A stretch of DNA of 63,506 nucleotides, filler included, from Octopus bimaculoides (GCF_001194135.2; 4 parts of 4 records of this genome joined end to end with filler, not necessarily neighbours in it), one strand, 5' to 3'; shown: positions 48,235 through 62,991, numbered from the whole stretch's first letter. Made by a program: numbers and translations. The notes: generated by a model from the sequence alone, not told the origin.

Positions 48235-48397
48235 AGGTGAAGGCATTGCTGTGTAGTTAAGAGACTTGCTTTGCAACCATGAGATTTCAGGTTCAGTCCC
48301 ACTGTGTGTTACTTTGGGTGAGTATCTTCTGTTATAGTCCCATTCCACCCAAAGCCCTGTGAATGAATCTGGACAAAGGAAACTGTGTGGAAACCCG

Positions 48398-48468
<71 letters not shown>

Positions 48469-48672
48469 TGTGTTTGTCCCCCATCACTTTATAACCGACG
48501 TTGGCTTCTTTACACTCCCGTAACGTAGCGGTTAGGCAATAGAGTACCAGATTGAAAGAAAAACAACATCATAATACTGGGGCTGATTTGTTCGATTAAA
48601 CACTTGAAAGCGGTGCCCCAATATGGCCGCGGTCCAATGATCGAAACAAGTAAAAGATGAAAGATAAAAGAT
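48235..48672 (+). mobile_element. SINE family A, full length, diverged
   Basis: Head, ggttcagtcccact, internal (TG)~34, tail gaaacaagtaaaagatgaaagataaaag. Confidence 0.85.
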
Positions 48673-49038
48673 TATAGATATTTCTATGCATGTGTGTACA
48701 AGGGTAGCATTTGTATATTTATACGTATAAGTTCATAAATACAAGCATTGCAGGTATGCATGCGTATCTGTGAGATGTATATCTATATGCATGCTTCGTT
48801 ATGAAGTCGATATTAGCTAAGTGCAAAGAGATAACCTCCTTCAGATTCGAAAGCACAAGTCAGCTTTGATTGAAGGTTTCCTCTAAGTATTCTGTTAAAT
48901 ACTCTATTTTCAGTTTGATGCAATTTCACATCAGCTGTTGCATTATCTTATCATATGCATGAAAAGTAGAATATTTTGTGCTGTCCTTATTTCCTAAATT
49001 ATGTATCTTCTATCTTCTCCATAGCGGTATAATACAAC

Positions 49039-49081
<43 letters not shown>

Positions 49082-49775
49082 NNNNNNNNNNNNNNNNNNN
49101 NNNNNNNNNNNNNNNNNNNNNNNNNNNNNNNNNNNNNNNNNNNNNNNNNNNNNNNNNNNNNNNNNNNNNNNNNNNNNNNNNNNNNNNNNNNNNNNNNNNN
49201 NNNNNNNNNNNNNNNNNNNNNNNNNNNNNNNNNNNNNNNNNNNNNNNNNNNNNNNNNNNNNNNNNNNNNNNNNNNNNNNNNNNNNNNNNNNNNNNNNNNN
49301 NNNNNNNNNNNNNNNNNNNNNNNNNNNNNNNNNNNNNNNNNNNNNNNNNNNNNNNNNNNNNNNNNNNNNNNNNNNNNNNNNNNNNNNNNNNNNNNNNNNN
49401 NNNNNNNNNNNNNNNNNNNNNNNNNNNNNNNNNNNNNNNNNNNNNNNNNNNNNNNNNNNNNNNNNNNNNNNNNNNNNNNNNNNNNNNNNNNNNNNNNNNN
49501 NNNNNNNNNNNNNNNNNNNNNNNNNNNNNNNNNNNNNNNNNNNNNNNNNNNNNNNNNNNNNNNNNNNNNNNNNNNNNNNNNNNNNNNNNNNNNNNNNNNN
49601 NNNNNNNNNNNNNNNNNNNNNNNNNNNNNNNNNNNNNNNNNNNNNNNNNNNNNNNNNNNNNNNNNNNNNNNNNNNNNNNNNNNNNNNNNNNNNNNNNNNN
49701 NNNNNNNNNNNNNNNNNNNNNNNNNNNNNNNNNNNNNNNNNNNNNNNNNNNNNNNNNNNNNNNNNNNNNNNNNNN

Positions 49776-49821
<46 letters not shown>

Positions 49822-50750
49822 AGAAAGAGAGAGAGAGAGAGAGAGGGGGCGGGAGTTATGTCTCTTCAACAACACTCCAGTGCATCCAAGACCAAGGCAG
49901 TAAATAATAGCTTCGAACATTTAGTTCTTGGTAGGTGGAGCATGTTCGTATAATTTACCGCTGTGACTTACAACATTCAAGAGGATGAGACAAGAGGAGG
50001 TCCTCTATGTGGACTACCTAGAAATAAGAACCAATTATTACTTAAACCAATCTGTATCTTTTTGGAAAAGGAAAAGGTTATACTGCATAAGTAATATGAT
50101 CTTAGACGACATACTTTTAAAATGTTGAGATGATCATAGCTTGAATTTCATTGCCCTTAGTTTTACTCAGGTGGGCTTAACCTGGAATTAAACATTAACA
50201 GCAGCCGTACCAACAACGACAACAACAACAACAACAAGAGCAAGTACAATTGTATTGGAGAGCCGACGACTATTTCATTGAGTTGTTGAATTCAATTCCT
50301 TCCGCATATAAAACCTACGTTTATATGCTTCTTTAAGCTTCAGACCTACATACCATTTGTGTGGATTCTGTGAACTAACATATATTTAAAAGTAATACCC
50401 AACTCTTCGTCACTCACTGGTGTTCAAGAAAATCGGTTTCATATGACATTTGAAATGAAAGGCAATCAAACTGGGTGTGTCTGACTCTTTCCAAGCCATT
50501 GACGAAGTCTGTGTTCATAGGTGAGAAACTGGAGATTATTACAAGTGGGAGTGAGTGGTGGGTGGTGCCAGGAGGTTAAGACATTTATCCTTTTAGTGAC
50601 ACAATAAAAATAAGATTAAAAAAAATTTAAACCTCTTCGTAAACTTCAGCTTCTACATGAGCGACGTTTGGCATCTAAACAGATAAGCGGAATCTACGTT
50701 AAAGAAGTCATAAATGACTAAAAAGAAGGATTAGATTCGTTTCACAAAAA

Positions 50751-50806
<56 letters not shown>

Positions 50807-51088
50807 AAAAGTAAAAACAAAGGCGTAACATAAGCAGGTACATATTTTCAGTTAGATTTGCTTGCATTTTTAAATGAATTAGTGTGTGTGTGTGATTGTG
50901 CGTGTGTGTGTGTATGTGTATGTGTGTGTATGTGTGTGCGTGCGCGCGTACATACGCACACACTATTGACCTATCTATTATGTATTTGTATCTGATTCCC
51001 TCAATATAGAAACATAGGTATACTGACAGGTATCTAGAAATACATAAATGGAAGAAAAGAAGAAATGTTTATACACATACACACACAG

Positions 51089-51124
<36 letters not shown>

Positions 51125-51383
51125 GCGTACACGTATACATACTACAGGAATACGTACACACATGCACACACGCATAAATACACATACATACACAAACATA
51201 TATAGGTAGATAGGAAGACTTGCAGGAAGACAGACAAATAGAGTGGTGTATAAAACTGAAAGGAATAGGATAAAAATATAAGCAACGGAAGGTATTTTAA
51301 GGTAATATTAATAGATATTATAGCAAAAAAAAAAAAAAAGAGACAAACGAAATAAGAATTCTCGGTAAGACATAACTGGGCAG

Positions 51384-51421
<38 letters not shown>

Positions 51422-52009
51422 GATAAATGTATGGTTGGACAGTTGACAAAATGGTACAAGATGGAGACAGCAGCTGCAGAAACAGGAACTGCTACAGCAA
51501 CAAGCATAGTCGTAGAAATGGCTGTATAGGAAAGAGAATTAGCGAACAGGTAAGGCGACGACTAATGGTTGCCGGTATATGCTCTGGAGCCAGTATTTCA
51601 TTGAAGCAGTTTGGTGACAAATGAAAGGATGAAAGGGGATGAAACTTACCTCAATATAACGACCCGAAATTAGTGATAAAAAGTATACACCTCGATAGTC
51701 TATATGGATAACAGCACCGATGAAAAATAAGAAATCAGAGAGAGAGAGAGAGAGAGAGAAGGAGAGAGAAACAGAGAGAAAAACAGAGATAGAAAGAGGG
51801 AGAGAAAGAGATAGAGAGAGAGAGCAATACAGTGTGAACTTGTGTGTGTGTGTCGGAGAGAGAAAGACATCTCTGTGAACAAGATGATGGTTATAAAGAT
51901 GCGACAGATTATGAATTTAAAGCAAAGTTGTAGAGACAAAATAAATCTGTGCAATGTAGTCTAGATGAAAATTTATTAGAATAATCTATAAGAGTAACCA
52001 AGGTATAAT

Positions 52010-52068
<59 letters not shown>

Positions 52069-52149
52069 TACAGGCGCGCAGAAGCACTTAATTATACAGC
52101 AAAGGGCCTCATATAAAGTTTTAGACATACATACATACATACATACATA

Positions 52150-52272
52150 GGGAAAATTCACAAAAAAACAAAAGACGAAGACAGGTGGTGTAGAAAAAAA
52201 ATAGATGTATTAGTATAACGCTCGGGAATTGAAAAAGTCTTTAACGTTTCGAGCCTACGCTCTTCCACAGAA
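52150..52272 (-). mobile_element. Family A short element, copy 2, hammerhead motif 52238-52272
   Basis: TT CTGTGGA A GAGC-GTAG-GCTC GAA ACGT T AAAGA; flanked by (CATA)n on both sides. Confidence 0.65.
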
Positions 52273-52721
52273 TACATACATACATACATACATACATACA
52301 TACCTATATATATAATGGCTGCAATTCGATTTCGTGTTACGCTATCGCTTGATGGCTCTCTTCTTAAACATGAGCAGCACGAATGTGCTCTTCATGTCCT
52401 GTTAGGGACTTACATGCTTTTGCACAGATGCGACGACGATGGGTGCCTCTCTTAACGACCGACGACCCATCCATGCACATATGATATGTGTGTGCGCGCG
52501 GATATGTGTGTGTGAGTGTCCATTTGAAGCTTATGATCCAGTCAGTGCGCTACTCTCAGGTTCTCCATGGGCCATCTTTCAGATGACAAATAGGTGTTTA
52601 CTATCTCATCAAACATCTCTAGTATGGAAAACTCTGAGTAACAAGCCACTGAATTATCTGGTTCAAACGGATATTTTAAAATTCTAGGGAACATATTGTT
52701 TGCTCATTCTAATGTTTATAC

Positions 52722-53198
52722 ATACAAAGAATAACTCCTGGGGTCGATTTGCTTGACTAAAGGTGGTGCTCCAGCATGGCCGCAGTCAAATGACTGAAAC
52801 AAGTAAAAGAGTANNNNNNNNNNCTGTGTGGTAAGAAGCTTGTTTCCCAACCGCATGGTTCCGGGTTCAGTTCCACTGTGTGGAACCTTGGGCAAGTGTC
52901 TTCTACTATAGCCTCGGGCCGACGAAAACCTTGTGGGTGGATTTGGTAGACGGAGAGTGGAAGAAGCCCGTCGTATATTTATGTCTGTTTTTGTCCCACC
53001 CACCCGTCATCGCTTGACAACCGATGCTGGTGTGTTTATGTCCCCGTAACCTAGAGGTTCAGCAAAAGGCACCGATAGAATAAATATCAGGCTTACAAAG
53101 AGTAAATCCAGGGGTCGATTTCTTCGACTAAAACCCTTTAAAGCGGTGCTCCAGCATAGCCGTAGTCAAATGACTGAAAGAAGTAAAAGAAAAAAAAA
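52722..53198 (+). mobile_element. Two tandem SINE family A copies (tail 52722-52813; near-full 52824-53198)
   Basis: Near-consensus sequence, separated by a 10-N gap. Confidence 0.88.
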
Positions 53199-53391
53199 AT
53201 ATCTATGTATGTATGAACGCATGTATGCTTGGGTGTGTCGTCAAATATAATATGGCAAACACTTAATTGGCCTCTTCAAATCCAATATTAGCATGTATGT
53301 AGAATTTCATGTATGCGAATGTGTAAGTGTTATACGAAATGAACATTCAACTCAGTGTTGCTTTCTAATAATCATTAGACACACACATGCA

Positions 53392-53439
<48 letters not shown>

Positions 53440-55657
53440 NNNNNNNNNNNNNNNNNNNNNNNNNNNNNNNNNNNNNNNNNNNNNNNNNNNNNNNNNNNNN
53501 NNNNNNNNNNNNNNNNNNNNNNNNNNNNNNNNNNNNNNNNNNNNNNNNNNNNNNNNNNNNNNNNNNNNNNNNNNNNNNNNNNNNNNNNNNNNNNNNNNNN
53601 NNNNNNNNNNNNNNNNNNNNNNNNNNNNNNNNNNNNNNNNNNNNNNNNNNNNNNNNNNNNNNNNNNNNNNNNNNNNNNNNNNNNNNNNNNNNNNNNNNNN
53701 NNNNNNNNNNNNNNNNNNNNNNNNNNNNNNNNNNNNNNNNNNNNNNNNNNNNNNNNNNNNNNNNNNNNNNNNNNNNNNNNNNNNNNNNNNNNNNNNNNNN
53801 NNNNNNNNNNNNNNNNNNNNNNNNNNNNNNNNNNNNNNNNNNNNNNNNNNNNNNNNNNNNNNNNNNNNNNNNNNNNNNNNNNNNNNNNNNNNNNNNNNNN
53901 NNNNNNNNNNNNNNNNNNNNNNNNNNNNNNNNNNNNNNNNNNNNNNNNNNNNNNNNNNNNNNNNNNNNNNNNNNNNNNNNNNNNNNNNNNNNNNNNNNNN
54001 NNNNNNNNNNNNNNNNNNNNNNNNNNNNNNNNNNNNNNNNNNNNNNNNNNNNNNNNNNNNNNNNNNNNNNNNNNNNNNNNNNNNNNNNNNNNNNNNNNNN
54101 NNNNNNNNNNNNNNNNNNNNNNNNNNNNNNNNNNNNNNNNNNNNNNNNNNNNNNNNNNNNNNNNNNNNNNNNNNNNNNNATATATATATATATATATATA
54201 TTTACATATATACATCTATATATACACACATATATATATATATACATACATATATATACATATATATATGAATACATATATACATATATATATATAGATG
54301 CATATATATGTATACATACATTATTATACATACATATACATACATACATATGTATGTATAATAATGTTACATATACTCACACATACATATTTACACACAT
54401 ATACATACACACACTCGCATATACACACATACATAATCTTTACTAACAATAACTATAAAATTAAGAACAAGAGCAGCATTTTAAGATGGTTGTTGATGCT
54501 CGATGATACTATCGAATCAGTGCTTGACTATTCCTAATTTTCCTTTTTTTTTTTTTTTGACCCGAGAAGTTTTAGAATAAAAAATAATAGTGTCTAGATT
54601 CGAAACAAGAATTACGGAAAGAAATACTGCTACAAATTCTATTTAAAACCTCTAACGATAATGCTAACCGACAGCCCGAAATTCAAAGATACTGACAGAT
54701 TTTGGTTGTAATTTTTGTGTGGACGAAAATAAAGAAATATATTCATGAATCTACTTATGTAGAGAACTGTACAATTCTTACACAGGTACACACACGCATA
54801 TGTATACACACTCATGCACATACATATACATACATACATGCATGCATACATACATACATACATATATGCATGCATACATACATACATACATATATTCACA
54901 CACACTGTTGCATCTGATTATATGCATACAGTTGCATAAGTGTATTTGAACTTACACACACAGACACATACACACGAACTTATATGGTATGTACATGCGT
55001 GTATGTTTTTGTTTGTGAGTGTGTATATATATATATACATATGTATACACATACATACATTAGTATATGATTGCAGAAACGTAGGCAAATATATACGCAT
55101 ATATACGCATATATATTCATATGTGAGTGCATATGTATGCGAGTGTGTATGTCCATGTATAAAAGTTGAATAAGAATAGTAAAACAGAAAAGGCCGAGAC
55201 CAGTGGGAAATCGAAATGTTTCGTGGGAACAAAGTTCCCTTGTTACAAAAGTTACGAATTCTTATAATCTGGCTAGTCATAGAAATGAGGTGATATACGC
55301 CGCAGGACAACGGTTAGAAATTGTAGGTTCTTGGGGTGGGGTTTGGGTATCATAGAATCGGACCACGCAGCGCCTTTCCAAAATCGTACCCATGGATTTT
55401 AGCTGCTGTACTGTTATAAGCTATAAGCAACATTGTACTGTAATGTTTGTATGTCTGTATGTATTTTATATATGCATTTGTTACATTTTACTTACAGGCA
55501 TACATTCATACGCTTATATATTTATACACATGCACAAATACACGTTCAAATGTGCATGTATAAACACAAACACACGCTTATGTATACACAAACTCATACG
55601 TGCTTGTGCTTGCCTGTGTATCTATCTATCTATCTATNNNNNNNNNNCTTGCCTGTG

Positions 55658-55716
<59 letters not shown>

Positions 55717-56194
55717 ATATCTATCTATCTATCTACAACACGCACATATATATGCATGGATGTATATATACAAAAACAAATGCACTCCCCTCAACACACA
55801 AACCTGTGTGTGTCTGTGTGTGAGTGTGTGCGTGTGTCTACGTCTGCGCTGTACGTATGTTCTTGTGTGCGTGTGAGTGCATGACTGTATCTGAGTGCGT
55901 GTGTGCATGTATGCACACAAGTTTGTGTGCATATTAATGTGTGTATCTACTCCTGCACGTATGTGTTTGTGTGCGTATGTATGACTGTGTGTGCGCATGA
56001 GTGTGTTTAAAAGGAAGTTCTTTGGCTTTAAGTCAGACCATACTAATGTCACACACAATAAAAGGATATACTCCTTAATACTGAACATTTCGCCATTTTA
56101 CAGTTTGTCTTGAAATTAAATGAATTACGGGGGCCTTCATCCTGCTCTATTGTTGCAGAAGATTGTGGGCCTTTTACACACACACACACACACA

Positions 56195-56230
<36 letters not shown>

Positions 56231-56592
56231 NNNNNNNNNNNNNNNNNNNNNNNNNNNNNNNNNNNNNNNNNNNNNNNNNNNNNNNNNNNNNNNNNNNNNN
56301 NNNNNNNNNNNNNNNNNNNNNNNNNNNNNNNNNNNNNNNNNNNNNNNNNNNNNNNNNNNNNNNNNNNNNNNNNNNNNNNNNNNNNNNNNNNNNNNNNNNN
56401 NNNNNNNNNNNNNNNNNNNNNNNNNNNNNNNNNNNNNNNNNNNNNNNNNNNNNNNNNNNNNNNNNNNNNNNNNNNNNNNNNNNNNNNNNNNNNNNNNNNN
56501 NNNNNNNNNNNNNNNNNNNNNNNNNNNNNNNNNNNNNNNNNNNNNNNNNNNNNNNNNNNNNNATATATATATATATATATATACATATATAT

Positions 56593-56760
56593 GGGGAGAA
56601 TTCACAAAGAAAACAAAAGAACAAGACAGGTGGTGTATAGACAACAAACAGATGTATTATTAACGCTCGGGAAGTGAAAAGGTCTTTAACGTTTCAAACC
56701 TACGCTCTTCCCCAAGAAGGAACACAGAAATAAACAGGGAGAGAAAATAAGGGAGCGTGG
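56593..56760 (-). mobile_element. Family A short element, copy 3, decayed hammerhead
   Basis: CTTGGGGA A GAGC-GTAG-GTTT GAA ACGT T AAAGA; homologous to 4647-4834. Confidence 0.6.
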
Positions 56761-56884
56761 GGGATCGTATTAAACGGAAAGTATTAATGCAAATAGAAGT
56801 ACTATAGAGCACAAGACAAGTATGAAAGACACATACACAAGCATATATACACGCACACCAATGTGTCTATTTATGTGATTACAC

Positions 56885-56946
<62 letters not shown>

Positions 56947-56955
56947 CTCTATCTG

Positions 56956-57008
<53 letters not shown>

Positions 57009-57067
57009 NNNNNNNNNNTACCGATCCCTTTTGATCGGATTTTTTAATTTTTATTTTACCTTTGTTT

Positions 57068-57150
57068 TTTATTTTTAAAGAAAAGCTCTACAGTTGTATT
57101 TGTCCCCTCTGTGTGCAACCCTGTGTGGCTAATAAAAGAAAGATATCTAT
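57068..57150 (+). repeat. Retroposon-like 3' tail ending AATAAA + (TATC)n
   Basis: ctctaca.ttgtattt.gtcccctctgtg..ccctgtgtggctaataaa shared with 61140-61210. Confidence 0.65.
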
Positions 57151-58067
57151 CTATGAGTAAATTGTGCCTCTTATTACTATTTTTTACGATAAGGAGAAGT
57201 TATACTTTATTGTAGAGTGTGTAATTTTGTGGGGCCATTGAGTTTATGATGAAATACGGATTGGAAATGTATATGTATTTTAACATAAATAATATATATA
57301 TATATATGTACCTAACCGTAAACCTAGTGAGGTGTGTATACCAATCTTTCTATTTATCTCTCTATATGTATACAGGCAAAGCTACGGTTGTCTATTTGTC
57401 TAAGTTTTATCTTCTCAGTTCGAATCCAGTCAGGTTGGAGAATAATGTTCACCTGGGACATTTTTACCTTTGATGTCGTACCACCTGTTATTTCTCGATA
57501 TATATTTTTTCCATATTTGACATATATTTTTCAGAGACACAACAAACTTATGTTCATATAAACAACAAATCTATTTACATATAATTTTACAAATGCATAC
57601 ATACACATATGTATATATTTCTCTGAAAGTGCATATACGTGTGCCAGTCTGTACGTATGTAGATATATATCTGAGTGTATACACGCATATATTTATAGAT
57701 ATAATTAATAATGCTACTGAAATGAAGTGAAAGAAATAGTTTCTTTTCAAGCTTCAAAAATACTGTAAGTCTCCCTTTGATTTTGCAGCAGGATCACATT
57801 TTGTAATTTCAGTTTTCTATCTCATAACAAAAAAAAAAAATTAAATTTTCGCCTCATTTTAATGATCTAAGAAGGTTAAATCCTTAATAAATCTGCTCTT
57901 CATAAACCATCTCCCCACCCCGCGCCCGAAAAAAGACCCCAGAAACACTTGTTGGGAATGATTCGTACATAAGCCCACCTAATGACGCACACGCACATAT
58001 ACTGGTATATATACTGCACACACATTCAGTCACATACACCCCATAGAAATATATGTCGCAGTGTGTT

Positions 58068-58105
<38 letters not shown>

Positions 58106-58643
58106 ATTCATATATATGCATCTCTCTCTTTCTCTCTCTTTCAATATATATAATATATCCATTTATGAATATAGGTATAGNNNNNNNNNNNNNNNNNNNN
58201 NNNNNNNNNNNNNNNNNNNNNNNNNNNNNNNNNNNNNNNNNNNNNNNNNNNNNNNNNNNNNNNNNNNNNNNNNNNNNNNNNNNNNNNNNNNNNNNNNNNN
58301 NNNNNNNNNNNNNNNNNNNNNNNNNNNNNNNNNNNNNNNNNNNNNNNNNNNNNNNNNNNNNNNNNNNNNNNNNNNNNNNNNNNNNNNNNNNNNNNNNNNN
58401 NNNNNNNNNNNNNNNNNNNNNNNNNNNNNNNNNNNNNNNNNNNNNNNNNNNNNNNNNNNNNNNNNNNNNNNNNNNNNNNNNNNNNNNNNNNNNNNNNNNN
58501 NNNNNNNNNNNNNNNNNNNNNNNNNNNNNNNNNNNNNNNNNNNNNNNNNNNNNNNNNNNNNNNNNNNNNNNNNNNNNNNNNNNNNNNNNNNNNNNNNNNN
58601 NNNNNNNNNNNNNNNNNNNNNNNNNNNNNNNNNNNNNNNNNNN

Positions 58644-58700
<57 letters not shown>

Positions 58701-59766
58701 GAATATTGTATATGGTAGATTTATATAAACTCATACCAATGAATGGTACGTGCATATATGTGTTTGCGCGTGTGTACGTGTGTAAGCGCGCAATATCTCA
58801 GTACATTTAATATTGTAATTCCCAAAGCATTATTGCTACAACAGAATTGTTAACATTAAAAAAATTAGTAAAGCCTCTCCAATTTCCATTGTTCATCCCA
58901 ACAGTTACATCCTGGATGTTTAGTGAGTGGTTTGTCAAGGCTGAAGAGACCAAGTGTATTTGTATTCCTACTCACGACTACCTAAACACTTAAAAAAAAG
59001 ACGTTAACCGTATCACAACACTAACAAATCATCCCCCGATTGTGAATAACGATTGTAGAACATATATCGGGTTAATGGGGATCAAAAAATCCGAGCTGGT
59101 TTACATATGTTTAACATTTTATTTTATTCCTTTCCTTATTAATATTTATATTCATGAAATATATATTCCATGTATTGTTGAAACGAGCGTAATTAAAGAA
59201 TTAAATATAATACTATAATTTCCACTCCGATTTAATATACATATATAGAAACATGCATGCCTGTATACATACATACAGCTCATACATACATACAAATACA
59301 TATCTATCTATCTATCTATCTATCTATCTAAATATATATACACACACACCAAGAAAAAGAGGGAGGAGAGAAAGAGATTATATGTGTAAGAATAAATGCG
59401 TGCACACACGCACGCATAGAACCAGCTTATATATGCCGTTATACGTAGATTCTCATATACAGCCATACATAAATGTATGCTTTCGAATATGTGTTCACGT
59501 ATGCGTGTATGTTGTACGCTAATGACCGTGTCTGTGAGTTTGTGTGTGTGCATGTGTTTATATGTGTATTGGAAGGAAAGTGCGTTGAAGTGGTAGTAAA
59601 CTTTTGTTAAGCTGCTTTGATGACAAAGAATCGGTTTTAAGCTATTTAGTACTGATCGTATCCGAACAGACGAGAGAAAAATATACTCCATTAGATTAAA
59701 CACACTCAACAAACTTGATAACGGCGATGTATTATGCAGTTACTTAAACACGCAAGCGTTGTCACT

Positions 59767-59813
<47 letters not shown>

Positions 59814-60347
59814 CCAAACGCTCACGCGCGCACGCAGTCGCACACACACACACACACACACCAGACGCAGTAAGCAGCCATATGCATATCTGTACATTCG
59901 TATAACGCTGATGACTCATTCTGTTGTTACACCGAAGCTGCTTCGAAGGTGAGTTCATTCGCTCGACAAAAAAAGATGAATACAAAACTCAGAGCATCAT
60001 CACCCGGTTTAAACTATTCTAATATTACACCCTACTCTTGCCTCGATTCCAGACTCTATGCATGTTGTTCTACAAGCACGCAAACACCAACACAAACACT
60101 GCACGGCTACAGAATGTACTCAATACAAGCAGTAGAACTAGATTGATTGACACAAAGCATCGATACACTGTCGGTATCTAAGTGAAAAAAAGCGGAATTC
60201 AAGAGACACCTTTTATACTCAAATTTAACATTATTACTCACACACGCACACGTACACACACACACATACACACACACACGCACACACACACACACACACA
60301 CACGCACACACATGCATATATGTGTGCGTATATATATGGGTATTAAA

Positions 60348-60410
<63 letters not shown>

Positions 60411-60548
60411 ATATATATACACATATATACACACAAACACACACAGCCACATATATATGTATGTATATATATATATGTTGTTGTACTTGGGGATGGTCAT
60501 ATTGCCAGTTTAGCCAATAAAAACACACGCACTGTATATTTGGTGTTA

Positions 60549-60579
<31 letters not shown>

Positions 60580-60595
60580 GACACACACGCGTAAA

Positions 60596-60835
60596 GGTGT
60601 GAAGGCTAGTGGTGAAGATGCTCAGCTCAGAGTGGTAAGGTTCCGAGTTCGATTTCTGAAACGCTTTACTTACCATCAACCAGTCTTCTAGGCTGATGGT
60701 ATTTTTGCACTCCTTCCATCTGTCCATTCTTCGATGTTTTGCTAGGTCAGTTGTGGGAGGGACTACCTACTTAAGTGCCTGGAGCAACTAGCGAAAGCGC
60801 TACCAGCTCATGCTCGCTTGTGAGTGACGGCTAAG
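60596..60835 (+). mobile_element. tRNA-derived SINE (family D), diverged
   Basis: A-box-like GGCTAGTGG and B-box-like GAGTTCGATTTC at tRNA-like spacing. Confidence 0.5.
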
Positions 60836-60874
60836 ATTTATATGTATACATATATACGATTATCTATCTATCTG

Positions 60875-60925
<51 letters not shown>

Positions 60926-60926
<1 letters not shown>

Positions 60927-61225
60927 AAACAAATTTTATTTAACAAATTGTGACACTAAGGACCGAGGTTACCGTGGTCTTTTCGTAGGTTTTTCTTTCC
61001 ACGGATAACCTCACCATTTCTTGGGAATTTTCTGTATTATTTCGTAATTTTTGTAAATGCCCCAAACGTTTTGCGATGTTTTTTTCATCGTTGTCCCCAC
61101 TTTTGTTTTTTTTTTCTGCTTTGTTTTCGCCCCCCTCGAAAAGAAAAACTCTACATTTGTATTTTGTCCCCTCTGTGTTGAGCCCTGTGTGGCTAATAAA
61201 GAAATATATCTATCTATCTATCTAT
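60926..61225 (+). repeat. Element flanked by (TATC)n on both sides, sharing tail with 57068-57150
   Basis: Direct reading. Confidence 0.55.
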
Positions 61226-61253
61226 CAATGCGTATGAGTGTACATATGAACAT

Positions 61254-61353
61254 NNNNNNNNNNNNNNNNNNNNNNNNNNNNNNNNNNNNNNNNNNNNTTA
61301 ATTAATTAANNNNNNNNNNNNNNNNNNNNNNNNNNNNNNNNNNNNNNNNNNNN
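61254..61353. other. Artificial scaffold-join spacer
   Basis: 44N-TTAATTAATTAA(61298-61309)-44N. Confidence 0.9.
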
Positions 61354-61446
61354 TATATATGTATGTATGTATGTATATTAATAAAAGTATTCATATATTC
61401 GTATATGAATATTTCTAAATTTCACACATACATATATACCTCGTTA

Positions 61447-61478
<32 letters not shown>

Positions 61479-61534
61479 CTCTATCTATCTATCTATCCAT
61501 CCATCCATCCATCCATCCATCCATCCATCCATCC

Positions 61535-61568
<34 letters not shown>

Positions 61569-62308
61569 GTGTTTATCTATCTATTTATCTATCTATCTAT
61601 CTCTATACACGCATACGAACACACACACACACACACGCGCACCCCCCGCACCCCACACACACTCACACACACACACACTCACACACATATACACCCTCAT
61701 GCACATAAGAAAATCCAACAGCAAGATAAAAGCGAAAAACAAAATCAAAAAATGTGGTGCAAAACGACTGGATGCACCTTTGCACCACGAATGGAAATAT
61801 GTTATGAAAGTGCTCATGTGCATAAAAATTGCAATTAACATGTGCACGTGCCTTCATTGTGTCTGTAACAACACCAGCTGACAGTTGCACTAGGGTCCAT
61901 CCTATTTTAATCATAATTTATTATTTTTCTGTTGACTTCCATTTTGTTTTGCTGTAGTTCACGTTGTTGATTTTGTTGGTGTCTTTTTTTTCTGTCGTTT
62001 CCGTGTTACTTGTTGTTGTTGTTGTCGTTGTTGTTGTTGTTTTGTGTTAAGAGAACTAAATGCGTGTACGTTTGTACACACATACACACATATAAATACA
62101 TATATATATATGCAAATGTATGTATATTCATATATGAATAAACATATATACACACATATACATATATGCATGTATGCATACACACACATATATACATATA
62201 AATATATATATATATATATAAATATATATAGAGATACATATATATACTTATACATATATAACCATATATGCTTATACATGTATATACATGTATAAGAATA
62301 TCGATGTG

Positions 62309-62346
<38 letters not shown>

Positions 62347-62934
62347 NNNNNNNNNNNNNNNNNNNNNNNNNNNNNNNNNNNNNNNNNNNNNNNNNNNNNN
62401 NNNNNNNNNNNNNNNNNNNNNNNNNNNNNNNNNNNNNNNNNNNNNNNNNNNNNNNNNNNNNNNNNNNNNNNNNNNNNNNNNNNNNNNNNNNNNNNNNNNN
62501 NNNNNNNNNNNNNNNNNNNNNNNNNNNNNNNNNNNNNNNNNNNNNNNNNNNNNNNNNNNNNNNNNNNNNNNNNNNNNNNNNNNNNNNNNNNNNNNNNNNN
62601 NNNNNNNNNNNNNNNNNNNNNNNNNNNNNNNNNNNNNNNNNNNNNNNNNNNNNNNNNNNNNNNNNNNNNNNNNNNNNNNNNNNNNNNNNNNNNNNNNNNN
62701 NNNNNNNNNNNNNNNNNNNNNNNNNNNNNNNNNNNNNNNNNNNNNNNNNNNNNNNNNNNNNNNNNNNNNNNNNNNNNNNNNNNNNNNNNNNNNNNNNNNN
62801 NNNTTTTTTTTTTTTTTTTTTTTTTGCTTTTCGTTAAGATTTCCATATTGGTGTTTGTCGCTTAGGAGAGAGAAGGAAAGAATGCGATGCTTGAAATAAG
62901 GTAAGAGTTAAAGAGAAAGAGATAATAATGTGAA

Positions 62935-62941
62935 GAGAGGC

Positions 62942-62991
<50 letters not shown>

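Noticed and set aside
59908-59960. CTGATGA motif as a hammerhead core
   Set aside because: No stem II/GAAA/stem III arrangement follows.
4073-62899. Dozens of long ORFs in the supplied track (poly-X, YIYI, VCVC, THTH, poly-T/V/S/E)
   Set aside because: Produced by N runs and microsatellites; no coding signal.
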